A stretch of 63,775 nucleotides of DNA, filler included, from Sluysia triapertura (taxonomy: Eukaryota): the NCBI GenBank assembly GCA_046118255.1. It is 4 parts of 4 records of this genome, joined end to end, with 100 filler letters (N's around TTAATTAATTAA, not from the genome) between each part and the next. Parts side by side here need not be neighbours in the genome. Positions count along the whole stretch, not along the records: positions 1 to 26,615 come from JBJNIA010133065.1; 3 more parts are not named here. One strand, given 5' to 3'. Shown here piece by piece: positions 14,192 through 26,715 of this stretch; the first letter of the stretch is position 1, and every line of letters starts with the position of its first letter. The translations under genes were made by a program, and so were the position numbers. The notes beneath the pieces were generated by a model. It was not told the origin of the DNA and did no database searches. It saw only the letters and a list, made by a program, of their open reading frames with translations.

Positions 14192-14815
14192 ATAATCTCC
14201 AGAGAAGGTTTCATTACAAGACGCAAAACAAACTCGACACGTCCTAAAATTATAATCAATGAAGGATCAAAATTTAAATGTTTAATATTTAAACTAAATT
14301 TTAATTCAACAAAATTTTCTTTTACATGATTTGTAGTTGTTCGTTTAACTGTTTATACAAAAATAGAAGTAGATTTAAAGTAAATGTTTCTAAATTAATA
14401 ATAGCAACTATAGATTGTAAAGAATTAGATAAACTATATATGAGCAATGATTTTATTGACTGTCATCCTATTAGTACGCCCTACTATTATACTTTATTAC
14501 GTTCTAAATGTGTATTAAATAAATCGATAAATGCTACTGTAACTCAATTGCTTTATCATAAAGTAACATTCGTAAGGTTCAATACGTTCAAGAAATTCAT
14601 AAGGTTTGATCTTAGTATACTTCCAAACGGGTGTCAATCTATCAGCACCACAAATTATGCAAATAAATATTTACCACAAACATATTCTAACCAATCAAAT
14701 TGGTACCAAGAACTTAATCTACTAAACAGGTCGCCTGAGACAAAAACGAATGCCCCAAATTTAAGAAGAGTGTTTATCATTTAGTTGAAAGAAACTGATT
14801 TGTTTGGAGGGACTT

Positions 14816-17400
14816 GGTCTTTTTGTTGGTCTACCAATACGGTAGCTGGTTTTAGTTTGCACGAATTAATTGTCTTTTCCTGTCCGTTGATGTCAATGAG
14901 GGCGGTATGACTATCAAGATTTGGTGTGGTCCGGCGTATCTTGGCTGTAATGACGTGGGATTCTCGATTGATACCTACACGAATTGACTCTCGATGATGT
15001 TTCTAGGAATGTGGATGTACGAAATATTGTTTTGGCGGGGGTTTTGTCCAGTTCGTTGAAGTATTCGCGTAATAAAGGTGAATATAATTTCTCTGTTCGA
15101 TTGTTGGACTCAAATAGTTCGAAATGTATTTGTGTTTGTTCCTAGAACTATTTGACCTGGCGAATATCTAGTTGAAGTATGTGGTATATTGCGCCAACCT
15201 AAAAGCATCAACCCAGTTATGATGTATGGATAGTGCACACAAGGAATTTTTGAGAGTGCGGTGAAACCTCTCGATCACGCCATTTGGTTGTGGGTGGTAT
15301 GTTGTAGTTCGATGTCTAGTACTGTCCAATTGTTTAATTAAGTCGTTGAATAATCTAGACTCGAATTGTGCTCCTTGGTCTGTGATTATTCTTCTCGGGA
15401 CTCCGAAGCGGGAAATCCAGTTTGAAACTAGAATTCTTGATAGTCTCTGAAGTTATGGTCCTGATGGGAAACACTTCCGGCTAGCGACTATGTTAAGAGA
15501 TATGTGTAGCTTCGAGATTGTGGTAATAGACCGACAATGTCCATGTGGATGGTTTCAAATAAGTGGCCAGTTGGGAAATGAAGTGGTCCCGGTTTGATAT
15601 GTTTGATATGGCATGTCAAACAGTCTTTGCACCAGAGTTTGATATCTTTGTGCATTGAAGACCAGATCACTTTGGAGCGTAAAACTTCGTACGTGGCTTT
15701 AGTTCCACAATGAGTGATTCTGAAAAGCTTTGAATCTTAGCTGTTGGCCTAAAACTGGGCTAGAGATGCCTGATAACTGGTAGTCAAAATAAATTCCCTC
15801 ACGCAATACAGGTGTGATACTGAACTGGGAAATATCTTGACTTGTAGGTGGATTTTGTTGTAAATCCTCAACAAAAAACATAGGTAGGAAGTCTATGCTA
15901 TTGATTCCTACACTGGATAGGGCGTCGGCGACCACATTTTCTTGTCCCAGAAAGTATTCAATATTGAAATTGAAGTGGGATAGATAACTGATGTGCCGCT
16001 GTTGCCTGGGTGTTGGATTCTTCATGTCGAAGATGTGAAAGAGAGGTAAATATTCAAAGTGCTTTACTGCTAAGTAGATAGCCAGAAGTTCACGATCGAA
16101 AAAGGAATATCGTGTTTGTGTGGCAGACAATTTGCATGAGAAGAATTCTACAGGTTTTGGAATTCCTTGTTGCATCTGCGCAAGTACTGCGCCTATTGCA
16201 ATGTTAGAGGCGTCTGTAGTGAGAATAAAAGTGGCAGAGGGAAAGACAAACTTTTCATATCCATAATTGCTTCTTTGGTGCGGTGGAAGGAGGGCAATTT
16301 TGATCCCATTGGTTTGGCTGCGATTTATTGCCCGAGGAAAGAGCTGTTATTGGTGGTATTATATATGATAGCCTCGGTATGAATCTTCGACAATAGTTTA
16401 CGAGACATAAAAAAAACTCCGCATTTGTGTAACCGCTTGTGGTTGCGGAAAGTTTCGTATCGCTGATGTACGGCTTTCTAGAGGATCAATGCCGTCAGCG
16501 GAGATATGGTGGCCTAGAAATGTAATTCTCGACTTGAAGAAGTGACATTTCGCTGGCATAATAATTAAACTATTGTCGGCCAATTTCTTTAGCACGGTAT
16601 TCAATTGAATTTGATGTTGTTGGATATCTTAGGATGATAATATGATATCGTCAATATACGCCGTTGAGAATGGCAATCCTTGAAGGGCTTGGTCAATATG
16701 ACGTTGAAAAGTTTGTGCAGCGTTGCGTAGACCGAAATTCATTCTGATATATTCAAAGAGACCAAAAGGGGTAGTCACAGACGTTTTGGGTATATCAGAA
16801 TCATGCACTGGTATTTGGTGGTAAGCCTTGGCTAGGTCACTTGAAGAAAAGACGCTGCATCCGAAAAACCTATGTAGTATATCCGTTAAAAGAGGCATCG
16901 GATATGCGTCGGGTATAGTTACCTTATTCAACATTTTATAGTTGCCGCATATTCGAATATTGCCATCTTTTTTCTTAACGATTTGCAGAGGTGAGGCCCA
17001 AGGTGATGAAGATCGCCGCACTATTCCATATCAAGGAATTCTAGCTCTGTTTGTGCATGGATTTTTTTGAGATAGTTCTCTTCTGCGTTGTCTGCAGGGT
17101 GAAGTTGAAAGGGTATTGATATAATGCTCTGATCTAGGTGTATAGTTTGAATTGAATTGTTGAATAAGCAATTCGGGTTAAACCTGCTCCACATAAGGAA
17201 TTACATTTGTTTCATTAAGATGTAATTCGATTCTTATGTGGGAAACTTGTCCAGAGCTTTTACATAATGTGTTTGTTCTGCAGTCCACGAGCTGAAGAAA
17301 TCTGCTCCTAAAATTGGCTGTTGAAGAGCGGCTATTAAAAAATTCCACTGGAATACTCTAGCGAACTGGGGTATTTTGAATTGGAGTTTTAGGGTCTTAT
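14816..17400 (-). mobile_element. Degenerate Ty3/Gypsy LTR-retrotransposon pol (protease tail, RT, RNase H, integrase); no gag or LTR seen
   Basis: ILGADFF; SSSPWASP...KKKDG...DLAKAYHQIP...TPFGLFEYIRMNFGLRNAAQTFQR...YIDDI; TDAS...DRELLAIYLAVKHF...ENVVADALS; HMDIVG...ITDQGAQFE...YHPQPNGVIERFHRTL. Order RT-RH-IN, with multiple frameshifts and stops. Confidence 0.95.
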
Positions 17401-18879
17401 TTATTATACTATTGGGAATAACTTATTTTAGTGTGAGGTTTGGAGTTTGGAGAGCATGATTTATAGTTTATGTTAATGTGAGAAAATAACAGCGAAGTGA
17501 ACGGGTTAAATATGGGATTTTATAAATTTTGAGGGTAACGAAAGTATTAAGATTGGAGTGGCACCACAAGTCCCTTTCCAACTAATATAATTAAAATAAG
17601 TAAAATAAAGAATATGTATTAATTAAATTAACTATTTAACAGAAAGTGTTGGGATTGGTGAAGGATGAGGGTGGATATAAGGATCAAGACTAAGGATAAC
17701 AGAATAAATTCAACATTATTAAAGAATTAAGATGAAGCATTACTATAGGGAGATCAAACAAAATTCATCACACTTCATCATATAAAAACATTTCACATGT
17801 ACACAGATTACTAAACAAATTACTAAACTCATTCAAAAAACAAACATAACCATCGCACATAATTATCATGAACTACAGCTACTATTATTATAATTCAAAT
17901 CGTACTAAACAATATATATAATAATTATTGTCATTATTGTTATATAATATGATTATTAAATAATAACTTTTATATATTTAAATATTTATATATATTCGTG
18001 TATATGTGTACATATATTTATTTACTTTTTAATTTACGATCAGTGTTAAGAACTACCGATTCTATTCAATCATATATTAATCCAATTGGTGTACTAAATC
18101 TGGTCAATCTATGTAGTATAAGTCTTGCCGCCACCATTGACGATGAAGATTGACCTATAAAACACAACTCATTGAAATACTTCGATAACAATTTTATTTC
18201 ATCGTATTTACTACTTAATTACTTAATTTCGAAACAACTGTCAGAACTTTCTCCGAACCCGTCAAACACTTTTACCACAAACAGTACTCCATTAAATCGT
18301 ATTATAATATCGCCATATTTCGGTATTGCCGGAACTTGTTCTTTGTCCATACAATTAAGAAAAGTGAAAATAAAGAAAATGGCTTCCTTTATAACACAAT
18401 TTACTACAAATGAAATATGTACAAACTATTATATCAGTACTTTATCTGCTCTCCTTTGTTATCTCATAATTTCTTGTCGAAATTGTGTAATAAAATAATA
18501 AAAAATTATCATTATCGATTAAAAAATTTTGTAATTATTAAAAAATCAATGCTAAATGATACTTTTATGATTTTGTTTATTATTTATTTATTAGTGATAA
18601 TAAATATAAAAATGTTTGTATTATGTAAAAAAACAATTGTGCTTAAGTGGATAGTTGACCCAAATCGTAAGGAAAATACAACATGGAAAACAAAATTTAT
18701 AATACTAATATATTATATAGTTGGTGAACTTTTTATTATTAGACCCAGTAGAGCACTGGAATGCTTTAATATTTTTAAATCAATGTAGAATTCAACGTAT
18801 TGTGATAATTTCACTAATTCTAAGCATTTAAATGTAAAAAATTTTTATTTATACATCCGTTACATTAGATGATATACAT

Positions 18880-19190
18880 TTTAATGATAGTGGAGATTAT
18901 AATTGGACATTTCATGTACAAAATAAACCAATAATTATTCAACATTATTTATTGGTAATGGTGAATGTAAAGCCAATAATTTATTCATTATCGTTCTAAC
19001 CAAATATTTTTACAGGAAATGTAGCGTTAGTATTAAAAGAAATTGAGCACTTGTTAACAAAAGAGTTTCCATTTAAGTTTGAAACTTCACAATCTAAACG
19101 ACAAAATTTTACTTTGTCAGCAAAGTTACCAACCAATATTGAAGCTACGCGAACTGTTGGTCAAAATGTTATGTATGGATCACATGGACC
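18880..19190 (+). pseudogene. Possible ribophorin I (RPN1) fragment fused to the CDS pseudogene
   Basis: EIEHLLTKEFPFKFETSQSKRQ...AKLPTNIEATRTVGQNVMYG resembles RPN1 [21 protein letters not shown]...VKLASRNVESYTK...LLDYGP with an internal deletion. Recognised by eye only. Confidence 0.4.
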
Positions 19191-19930
19191 GATAGTTTCA
19201 ATTATAATAGTAATGTTAATTCAAATAAAGGTTTTCTACGAAGTCATCAAAATCTGTTTTAATATTTACCGTTACCAAGGCTTGAAATTGTTTCGTTCTT
19301 TATCTTGTTTTTTTGTTCACATCAAATTATTTCTTGTTCGGAGAAAATCTCATTAGTCATTTTCGAATTTTATTGACTAAAGAAGATTTACTGCCTTTTT
19401 GTTTAATTGGTTTCGTGATCTTAGTCTTGATATTCACTAAAAAAACAATATTTTAAGCAATTTGTATTGTTTGGATGGACTCATTTGTTGCTATTGATAA
19501 TTGTTACGAGCAGTCACTTAATAAACAATATTTTCCTGGGCATTATTTGGTTTATACTACCGATTTTCTTAATATTTTTCAATGATATCATGGGTTACAT
19601 TTTTGGAAATGTCTCTGGTCGGACTCCACTAATAAAGTTATCTCAAAAAAGACAGAAATATGTTTCATTGATACTGCTACATCAACAGTGATATTTTCCA
19701 TCATTTTGCCGCTGACTTTTATTCGTTCCACTTATTTTGTGTGTCCCTTGGAATACAACGATATCCAGGGTACTCTCTTTATGGAATGTGTGCGAAATTC
19801 TGTGTTTAGAGAGCATACATTAAAATTACCAAGCATTTTGAAAAGAGTATTGCCCAATACTCATATCCTCTATTATTCGTTTTTGAAGCAAAGTATTGTA
19901 CTGTCAATATTCTTATCACTAGTGGCTCGA
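19180..19930 (+). pseudogene. Phosphatidate cytidylyltransferase (CDP-diacylglycerol synthase, CDS1/2 family) internal fragment, frameshifted
   Basis: GPIVSIIIVMLIQIKVFYEVIKI...FRSLS; [31 protein letters not shown]...NDIMGYIFG...GRTPLIKLS; YFVCPLEYND...SIVLSIFLSL. Spread over separate ORFs and ending before the GPFGGFFASGFKR motif. Confidence 0.9.
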
Positions 19931-20399
19931 TGCTCTAGATCCTTTAATTATAGTGATATGAGTACTGTTATATATTTTTTGTTATATTTTATTGTTTAAA
20001 TAAAGTATCAAATTTTATCATTGTATTAAACTCTTTACTTTTTAAAGGCATTAGGCCTAATTCATTGATAAAAAATTTTGCATTTCACTAATTGTTGTTA
20101 AATTAAAGTTCGATGGTTTTTTAACTAAATTGTTAAATTTCTATAATACCTATTCGAAAATAAATTAAATTAAACATAATTTATTAAAATCAAATAGTAC
20201 TAATTATAATTTATTAGAATTAAATCTCACAACGCCCTTCACATTCATTATCACCAAAATACTAACATAACCAAAATCATATCTTTTTAACATCACATAA
20301 TTACTTTTTAGAATTTATTATTATTTATTATTAATTTAAACAAAAGTTATTTTTAAGTTTGTTATTTTAGCCACGTATACTCCGATTATTGAAGCTCAC

Positions 20400-21620
20400 G
20401 TTTCATTATCTAAAATAAAATGAAAAATTAAGTTATCATTTATATCATGATAAAAAATATTTACTGTATGATTAACCATAGATCTAACATTGCCGAATAT
20501 TTCTGAAGCTGATATTCCTATGCATTCGAGTAAATTTGTAATTCTAGACAAATGATCTGTGTTAGATATATTTTCGGATTATGATTCGATAATTGGTTAA
20601 CTGCGTGTATATATACACACTTAACTCCAAATTTTGTGCATCTACCATTTATATCACTACTGTATGGGCGCACTGCTGTTCTAATATATTGATTTGATCT
20701 TAATGAATTATTGAAATAGTTGTGAGACAGTGAACTGATGGAAGATACATTAAATTCTTGGGTATATAGCAAAAATCACGACATTTATAAGGAACAGCAT
20801 AATGATATACAGAAAATATTTTCAAATTTTCTTTATATTTATCTTTATACTCAATGCTTAACTGGGATGCATTTATTCGTAAAACTTTATTTGAAATTAA
20901 ATTTAGGCTTGCATTCATTGATCTTATTATAAACGTTTTGATGATATTTGCGTTTAGTAGATTATCTTCTTTAACTCGTATGTCAACCATAAGCATTCTT
21001 TTACCTGTGACGGAATAATCATTAACTATATCAACAATTATTGGTGCGAAATTTACACTTTGATTCAGATCAATGACATCAACATGACTAATTATATCTG
21101 CTCTTATTCGAAAACTCAGACTTCTTTGAATCATCTCAAATTTGTCTTTATTATTTTCAAGTAATTCGGTACGAATTATCATCACAAATTCATAGAAAGC
21201 ATAATCTTTTAAATTTTTATTTGATCTTTTCATTTTTAAAAACGAATAGCATTGAGAAAATATACAAGTTTAGTTGCAAATGCTTAATCTCGTTTTGTTG
21301 TCGAAACTAGTGATGAGAGTTCTTAAATTAATTACATTCACGTTTAATTACATTTAATATATTTTCATGGTAATCTATATGAGTAATGATCTGCTCTAGA
21401 TATTGATTAGTAAATTGTCTTGAAACACCAATATCGACTCTAGGATAGAAGACATATAAATAGATATAATAAATAGGGATTTCATCAATTTTTTTCGAAT
21501 TGCTGATGCATATGCGTTTCTGTCGTACCTCATGAAATGTTATTACTCGTATTTGAAATAAAAATATCTTTCTATTATTAACACGTATTAACACAGATCA
21601 ATTATTAACCATATCATCAA
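20400..21620 (-). pseudogene. Disrupted coding-like cargo downstream of cassette D, weakly cadherin-like
   Basis: Consecutive minus-strand ORFs (21328-21594, 20700-21233, 20518-20772). HVDVIDLNQSVNFAP...IRVKED is reminiscent of a cadherin linker, but the similarity is weak. Confidence 0.3.
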
Positions 21621-21699
21621 TATTTACATTTGGTTCCGTAACAATAACATATTTATTAAGACCACTAAATATATTACATAACAATTTATATTTAATATA

Positions 21700-22738
21700 T
21701 GTATAAGTATTTTGATACATAATAATAATAATAGGTTCTGTTGTCATAATAACATATAAAAAGCAAAGTTTTTTTATTCTTTAAACACCAATGTTATTCT
21801 CAAAATTAGCTATGCCGATTTAGCAACTTATAATTGCAATTGTGATAATTATAGTATCACTATCTTTTAGCACGAATCAAATTGTAACAACATAAGAGCA
21901 AAAGGGAGATTGTCTTGATTGGTTGTTCAACCAGAGTGATAAAAATAATGATAAGAAACTCTATGGTTGGACACCAATAATAGCATTAAAAACAAAACAT
22001 GATTGACAGGCAAGCCACTATCAATTGTGACAGGAATTTATACATAGAAACCAATAGTGTCACCATTGATAGAGGTAATTACTGGTTATATGATAAAACA
22101 AAAATAAAAAATAATGAAAAATAAAGATGATAAAAATAACAATAACAACAATTTTTTCATTGTTATAAATGCATAAAGTCTTTAGATTACTTTCTTTTAA
22201 TTCGTTATTATTTCTTGACATATTTATATCTATTTAAAGTAGTTTAATGTTATGATGTCACCAATCAAAGTTACGTGTTTGGAATGAATTTTACGGTTTA
22301 GTTGCGATTCTAGTGTCATATGATAATGAGTAAAACGTTTTTGAATGAATTTTTAAATATTAATTAATGTTTTTGACTGAAGATGAGCTTGAGTGTTGAA
22401 AGCTTATGATTTAAGTATTTGAAATAATATAAATGCTTTACGTGGATTTTAAATGTTTATTAATGTTTCGAATGAAAGTATTGTTCGGATGTTAAAATAT
22501 GTTGAAAGAGAGTAATTTCGTGGATGTGAATAAGATACATTATAGGCTATGTTTTGGTAAATTCTAAAAAGTAATGATATTTGATTTTTGATATGATTTT
22601 TGGTATGTTAGTATTAAATATGTATGAAATGTTTATGATTAATTTTTTTGAATGTGAACTGTAGACTTTAAGAGTGAATGTGATTTTGTTGTATTAAAAG
22701 GAAAGATTTTAATAAAATTTGTTAAAAGTAATAGATTG
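21700..22738 (-). repeat. Cassette family copy D
   Basis: On the minus strand, TATTACTTTTAACAAATTTTATTAAAAT and CATTCACTCTTAAAGTCTACAGTTCACATT...AAAATCATATC match copy B 6951-7110. Also AATATGTCAAGAA...TTTATGC (22171-22224), a hairpin 22015-22032/22058-22075 (16/18), an inverted pair CAACCAGAGT/ACTCTATGGTTG (21928-21969) and CCAATCAAG at about 21914-21922. Confidence 0.8.
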
Positions 22739-22739
22739 G

Positions 22740-23830
22740 TCACCACACAGAAGGAATTAATCCATCCTGATGCTTGTCTCGAACATATTCACATTCTCCA
22801 GACTCTTTTACATGCCAGCACAACTCACTGTCCAAAACCTCCACTCTTTGTCTAATGGTTTAATATCTCTAATGCTTTTGGTTCCGTGCCACACGATTAT
22901 CTGTTTGACTCCTTGAGATATCTGGTTTCCAAAAACCAACACTCCTGCTACTACAGGAACTGTACAAAGACAACTCCTGCACATACTCCCTTGGCCGTCA
23001 TACTTCGACTTCTGTTCCTGCAAAAGTTGGTGCTAAACAAGGATGTTCTTTGTCAATGAAACTCTTTTGTCGTGCCATCGAACAACTGCTTCGCTTTGTT
23101 ATCCGTAGTGTTTCTGCCTTCACTTACTTTAGCTCCTCGTTTACTCGACTTGTTTACGCTGATGATATCATGGTTGTATCCAACTACCACCAATCTCTTC
23201 AACAGACTTTAAATGATCTTGCCGTACTATATTCATACATCAACCTAAAATTTCGCCCTGATAAATGTTGGCTTTCTTAACCCTGACAATTCTGAAGCGC
23301 ACCTTACTAATTATAATTCCTCTCTTCATATCATTAATTCAGAGGTAAAATACACTTATCTTAAATCAAAAATTGGAAGTGCAAAACACTTAGCAATTGA
23401 ATCTTTACTGCATACTGCTCTCTCTGATTGATTTAGATTATTAGAATCCGAACTTCATCATGTTCAAAAAATCCGAGCTATGAAAATCTTTATTTTGTCT
23501 CGCTTCCTTTATCGATTTAGAGCTTGTAAAATGCTACGAACGCCGCTTGGGAATGCACGAATGCACTACAAGGATAGGATGATGATAAGGACTCACCCTC
23601 TTTTGATAAAAGCTTTAGAAATATCCTGATGTCAGCTCTTCAAATCCACTTTCAGTCAATATCTACTTCCTTTAGACTACTATCGATCCTGGAGGACTTG
23701 GCTATACTTCTCTTCACAACGAATACTTAATTCAAACTATAGTTCACTGTTTCCGTATCTTTACCTCTACCGAAAATACTCTTCGATCTTTTCCATAGAA
23801 TTCCTTAAAGAGGACCCTAAACTCTACTAT
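22740..23830 (+). mobile_element. Degenerate non-LTR retrotransposon reverse-transcriptase fragment (R2/NeSL/Utopia-like)
   Basis: WFNISNAFGSVPH (about 22856), GAKQGCSLSMKLF, LVYADDI, NLKFRPDKC, YTYL and PGGLG motifs in the expected order, with stops and frameshifts. Confidence 0.88.
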
Positions 23831-24736
23831 AAATCCAGACTTATTCAGATATTCATAAGGAAAACTCTCTTTATTCTCCGAACATCTTAGCAAAATCGTC
23901 AGGCGTAAGGTCAAAATCTTCACCTTAATTTTTCCGGTTATTGGCACAATGAAACCTGATAATATTAGTATTCTTAGGACTTTTGAGTTCGGTAAATCGG
24001 CAATAAACAAATTGCTGGGACTCAGTGAAGCGTGGCCTCCACAGGTAACACTAGTGTTGATAAAAATAAAACAATTATATTAATATTTACTGTTCTTTGC
24101 AAATTCATCTTTTTATTTTAATTGTTATGTATTACTTTTGGTTTAAACATATTATACTGAAATTATTGTATTTTATTTTTAAATAAGTTTAAATATATCC
24201 TTAATTTAATGCGGTATAATTTTTAAAAATGTGTACTACTTTAAATATAAATTTAGATTTAGTAATTTAATTTTTAAGTACCTATTATTTTACATTTGTT
24301 TTTGATTATCACGTGAGAAATTGGTTTTTTTAATAGAAACTCAGCAAATCAAGATCCATTAATTAATTTCTATTCATTAGAATAAGATTTAATTGATTCA
24401 ACGGTGTTATTCTGATTAAGTTATTAAAAACTGACTTCAATTCGATATGTATGTTCACTGGTTTAAAAAATCTACACTTAAGCAAAATATTGTGAAAGCA
24501 CAAAATCTGTAACCACTTATTTCGTTACACCAGACTGCTTAGAAGAGTTTAATCCTTTTCTTGAAATGTTTTTACAAATTATTTTATAGGTGTATTAATA
24601 GTAATAATATTGTAAAATATGCATGTGGTATTTAATCTTCAAAGTGAAAGCCAGGAACTTAAAGCAAATACCATTATTTAATTGTATTCTTAAATTTAAA
24701 CGGAAAGCAATGTATACTTTTTATGCTTAATTTATC

Positions 24737-24777
24737 AGCCAATGAAAATCAAGCAACCTGAGTATAATATATATAAC
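24737..24777 (+). promoter_or_regulatory. Putative CCAAT and TATA core promoter of the Snail gene
   Basis: AGCCAATGA at 24737 and TATATATAA at about 24768-24776, about 45 nt upstream of the ATG. Motif-only evidence in AT-rich DNA. Confidence 0.4.
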
Positions 24778-24820
24778 TGCGCTTCAATGATATCGCATTC
24801 TAATTTTAATTACTATCATA

Positions 24821-25549
24821 ATGCCTCTTTTAGATTCTAATATATATACAAATAATTCGTATCCATGGTTACCAATTTCTGCAAATCCAATTGTTGCAAA
24901 ATTCAGTATCATACGTCAACTTGTGGGGGCTCTCAATGCTCAGTTTCCTAACTATAATCCAAATCCGATAGAAAAATTTGAAATTATTAAAACTGCTACA
25001 AATATTTTCATGAAAATGTCACAATTTCACAATATACTTTCGTCTATCGATCTTTTAAAAATATATAGCTCTTCTTTAGTGTCGTATTCATCACAAATGT
25101 CTTCATCTATATCATCATCACCACTGTCGTCATCAACATCATCTTTGTCTTTATCAATTACAACATCTCCAATCAAGAATTCTACTGATTTTTGTACACC
25201 AATGCCAGTTTTATCAACCAAATATGCATGTGCATTGTGTTCAAAAACACATAATTCTGCCAGTGCACTTAAAATGCATCAGCGTACTCACAATCCACCT
25301 TGTGTTTGTCCACAATGTGGCAAAGCGTTCAGTAGAATGTGGTTATTATCCGGTCATCTGCGTACACATACTGGAGAACGACCGTACGTGTGCATTAGAT
25401 GTCAGCGAGCATTTGCAGATAGATCTAATTTGCGAGCACATATGCAAACGCATACGAGTAAGAAAAGATATCAGTGTTCCAAATGTCCTAGAAGTTTCAG
25501 TAGACAATCTTTATTAAGGAAACACACTATTCAGTGTACTACCAGTTAA
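24821..25549 (+). CDS. snail: Snail-family C2H2 zinc-finger transcription factor (4 fingers, single exon)
   Basis: Intact 242-aa [76 protein letters not shown]...C is the Snail signature. Confidence 0.95.
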   Translation: MPLLDSNIYTNNSYPWLPISANPIVAKFSIIRQLVGALNAQFPNYNPNPIEKFEIIKTATNIFMKMSQFHNILSSIDLLKIYSSSLVSYSSQMSSSISSSPLSSSTSSLSLSITTSPIKNSTDFCTPMPVLSTKYACALCSKTHNSASALKMHQRTHNPPCVCPQCGKAFSRMWLLSGHLRTHTGERPYVCIRCQRAFADRSNLRAHMQTHTSKKRYQCSKCPRSFSRQSLLRKHTIQCTTS

Positions 25550-26615
25550 ATGGAGCCTTGTCAAAAGTCTTTGTGTACTTATAATTATTATTTAGAATTA
25601 TAATATTAAATATTCTTGTTATTCATGCAGATAAATTTATATTTTGTATAATTTTTTCAGCTAAAACGAGCATCTTTAATAACATAAATGAAAGTACTAC
25701 AGAATTATCCATATTAACAAAAGTAGTAATTTAATTAATTATTTCTTTATAAGTAATTGATATTCAGAACATTTTGCTAACTTACTAAATTTTTATACGA
25801 ATGAAAATATTAAATTATTTTAAATGCAAGTTAATAAGAAAATGGATCTTATATTTATTTTTTAAAATTATTCATAGTAATCAATATAAAAATATTTAAA
25901 AATTAAAGTGAGAAATTATTTGAAAGGAAATCAATAAAAAAATAATATCAATGCATGAAATACAACATATTGTATAAGTAAAACTTTGTTCAAAGTATAT
26001 ATGGATTTAAGTGCATTGCGTATAACTCGATCAATACATTCGGAAAAAATCGAGTCTAAAATTTATAATCCCAAAAATTCTTCTAACTCATCAGAATATT
26101 TGTTATTCTAAAAAAATGAAATTTACATTTTAATATGGTCTTATACTATTACTTTATTACTGATGCGAAAGAATTAATGGAATTAAACAACATTATTAAC
26201 ATTGATTAACAATGACTAATTATCGATAAAAATTAGTTTCTGATTCGTTAACTTTCATAAGTAAATAAATTTGTTATTACGTTTCGAATGTCTACCCAAA
26301 ACCTCAATCGAAAAAGAGAAAAAGAATAAGAAAGGCCTGGGTTAGCGTTGCCATTCATACGGTTTTACATAGAATGCAAAAAAGAAGATTCATTGACGTT
26401 AAATAAATAAAGACGTCATTATCATAATACGGCTTTCGCAATGTTGTTAAATTATCTTATCTGAATTGAGCAGCAAAATGAAAATTCGGGCCAATATAAA
26501 TTTCTAATGTTAAGGCGGATGACCGATATTTTCTGATGTTACGCATAGTTATTTTTACAGACACTTTTGACGCAGTGCGAAAGTGAACACAACACCTAAA
26601 CTGTCACTCTGCTTT

Positions 26616-26715
26616 NNNNNNNNNNNNNNNNNNNNNNNNNNNNNNNNNNNNNNNNNNNNTTAATTAATTAANNNNNNNNNNNNNNNNNNNNNNNNNNNNN
26701 NNNNNNNNNNNNNNN
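26616..26715. other. Assembly spacer (N44-TTAATTAATTAA-N44)
   Basis: The same artificial spacer occurs three times in the window. Confidence 0.98.

Noticed and set aside
25027-25517. Short ORFs overlapping the Snail gene (and similar ones over the Gypsy, PDE and 632-aa ORFs)
   Set aside because: They are shadow or alternate frames of real coding sequence.
26616-26715. TTAATTAATTAA palindrome inside N runs (also 37836-37935 and 51088-51187)
   Set aside because: It is an identical artificial spacer with stops in all frames, not biology.
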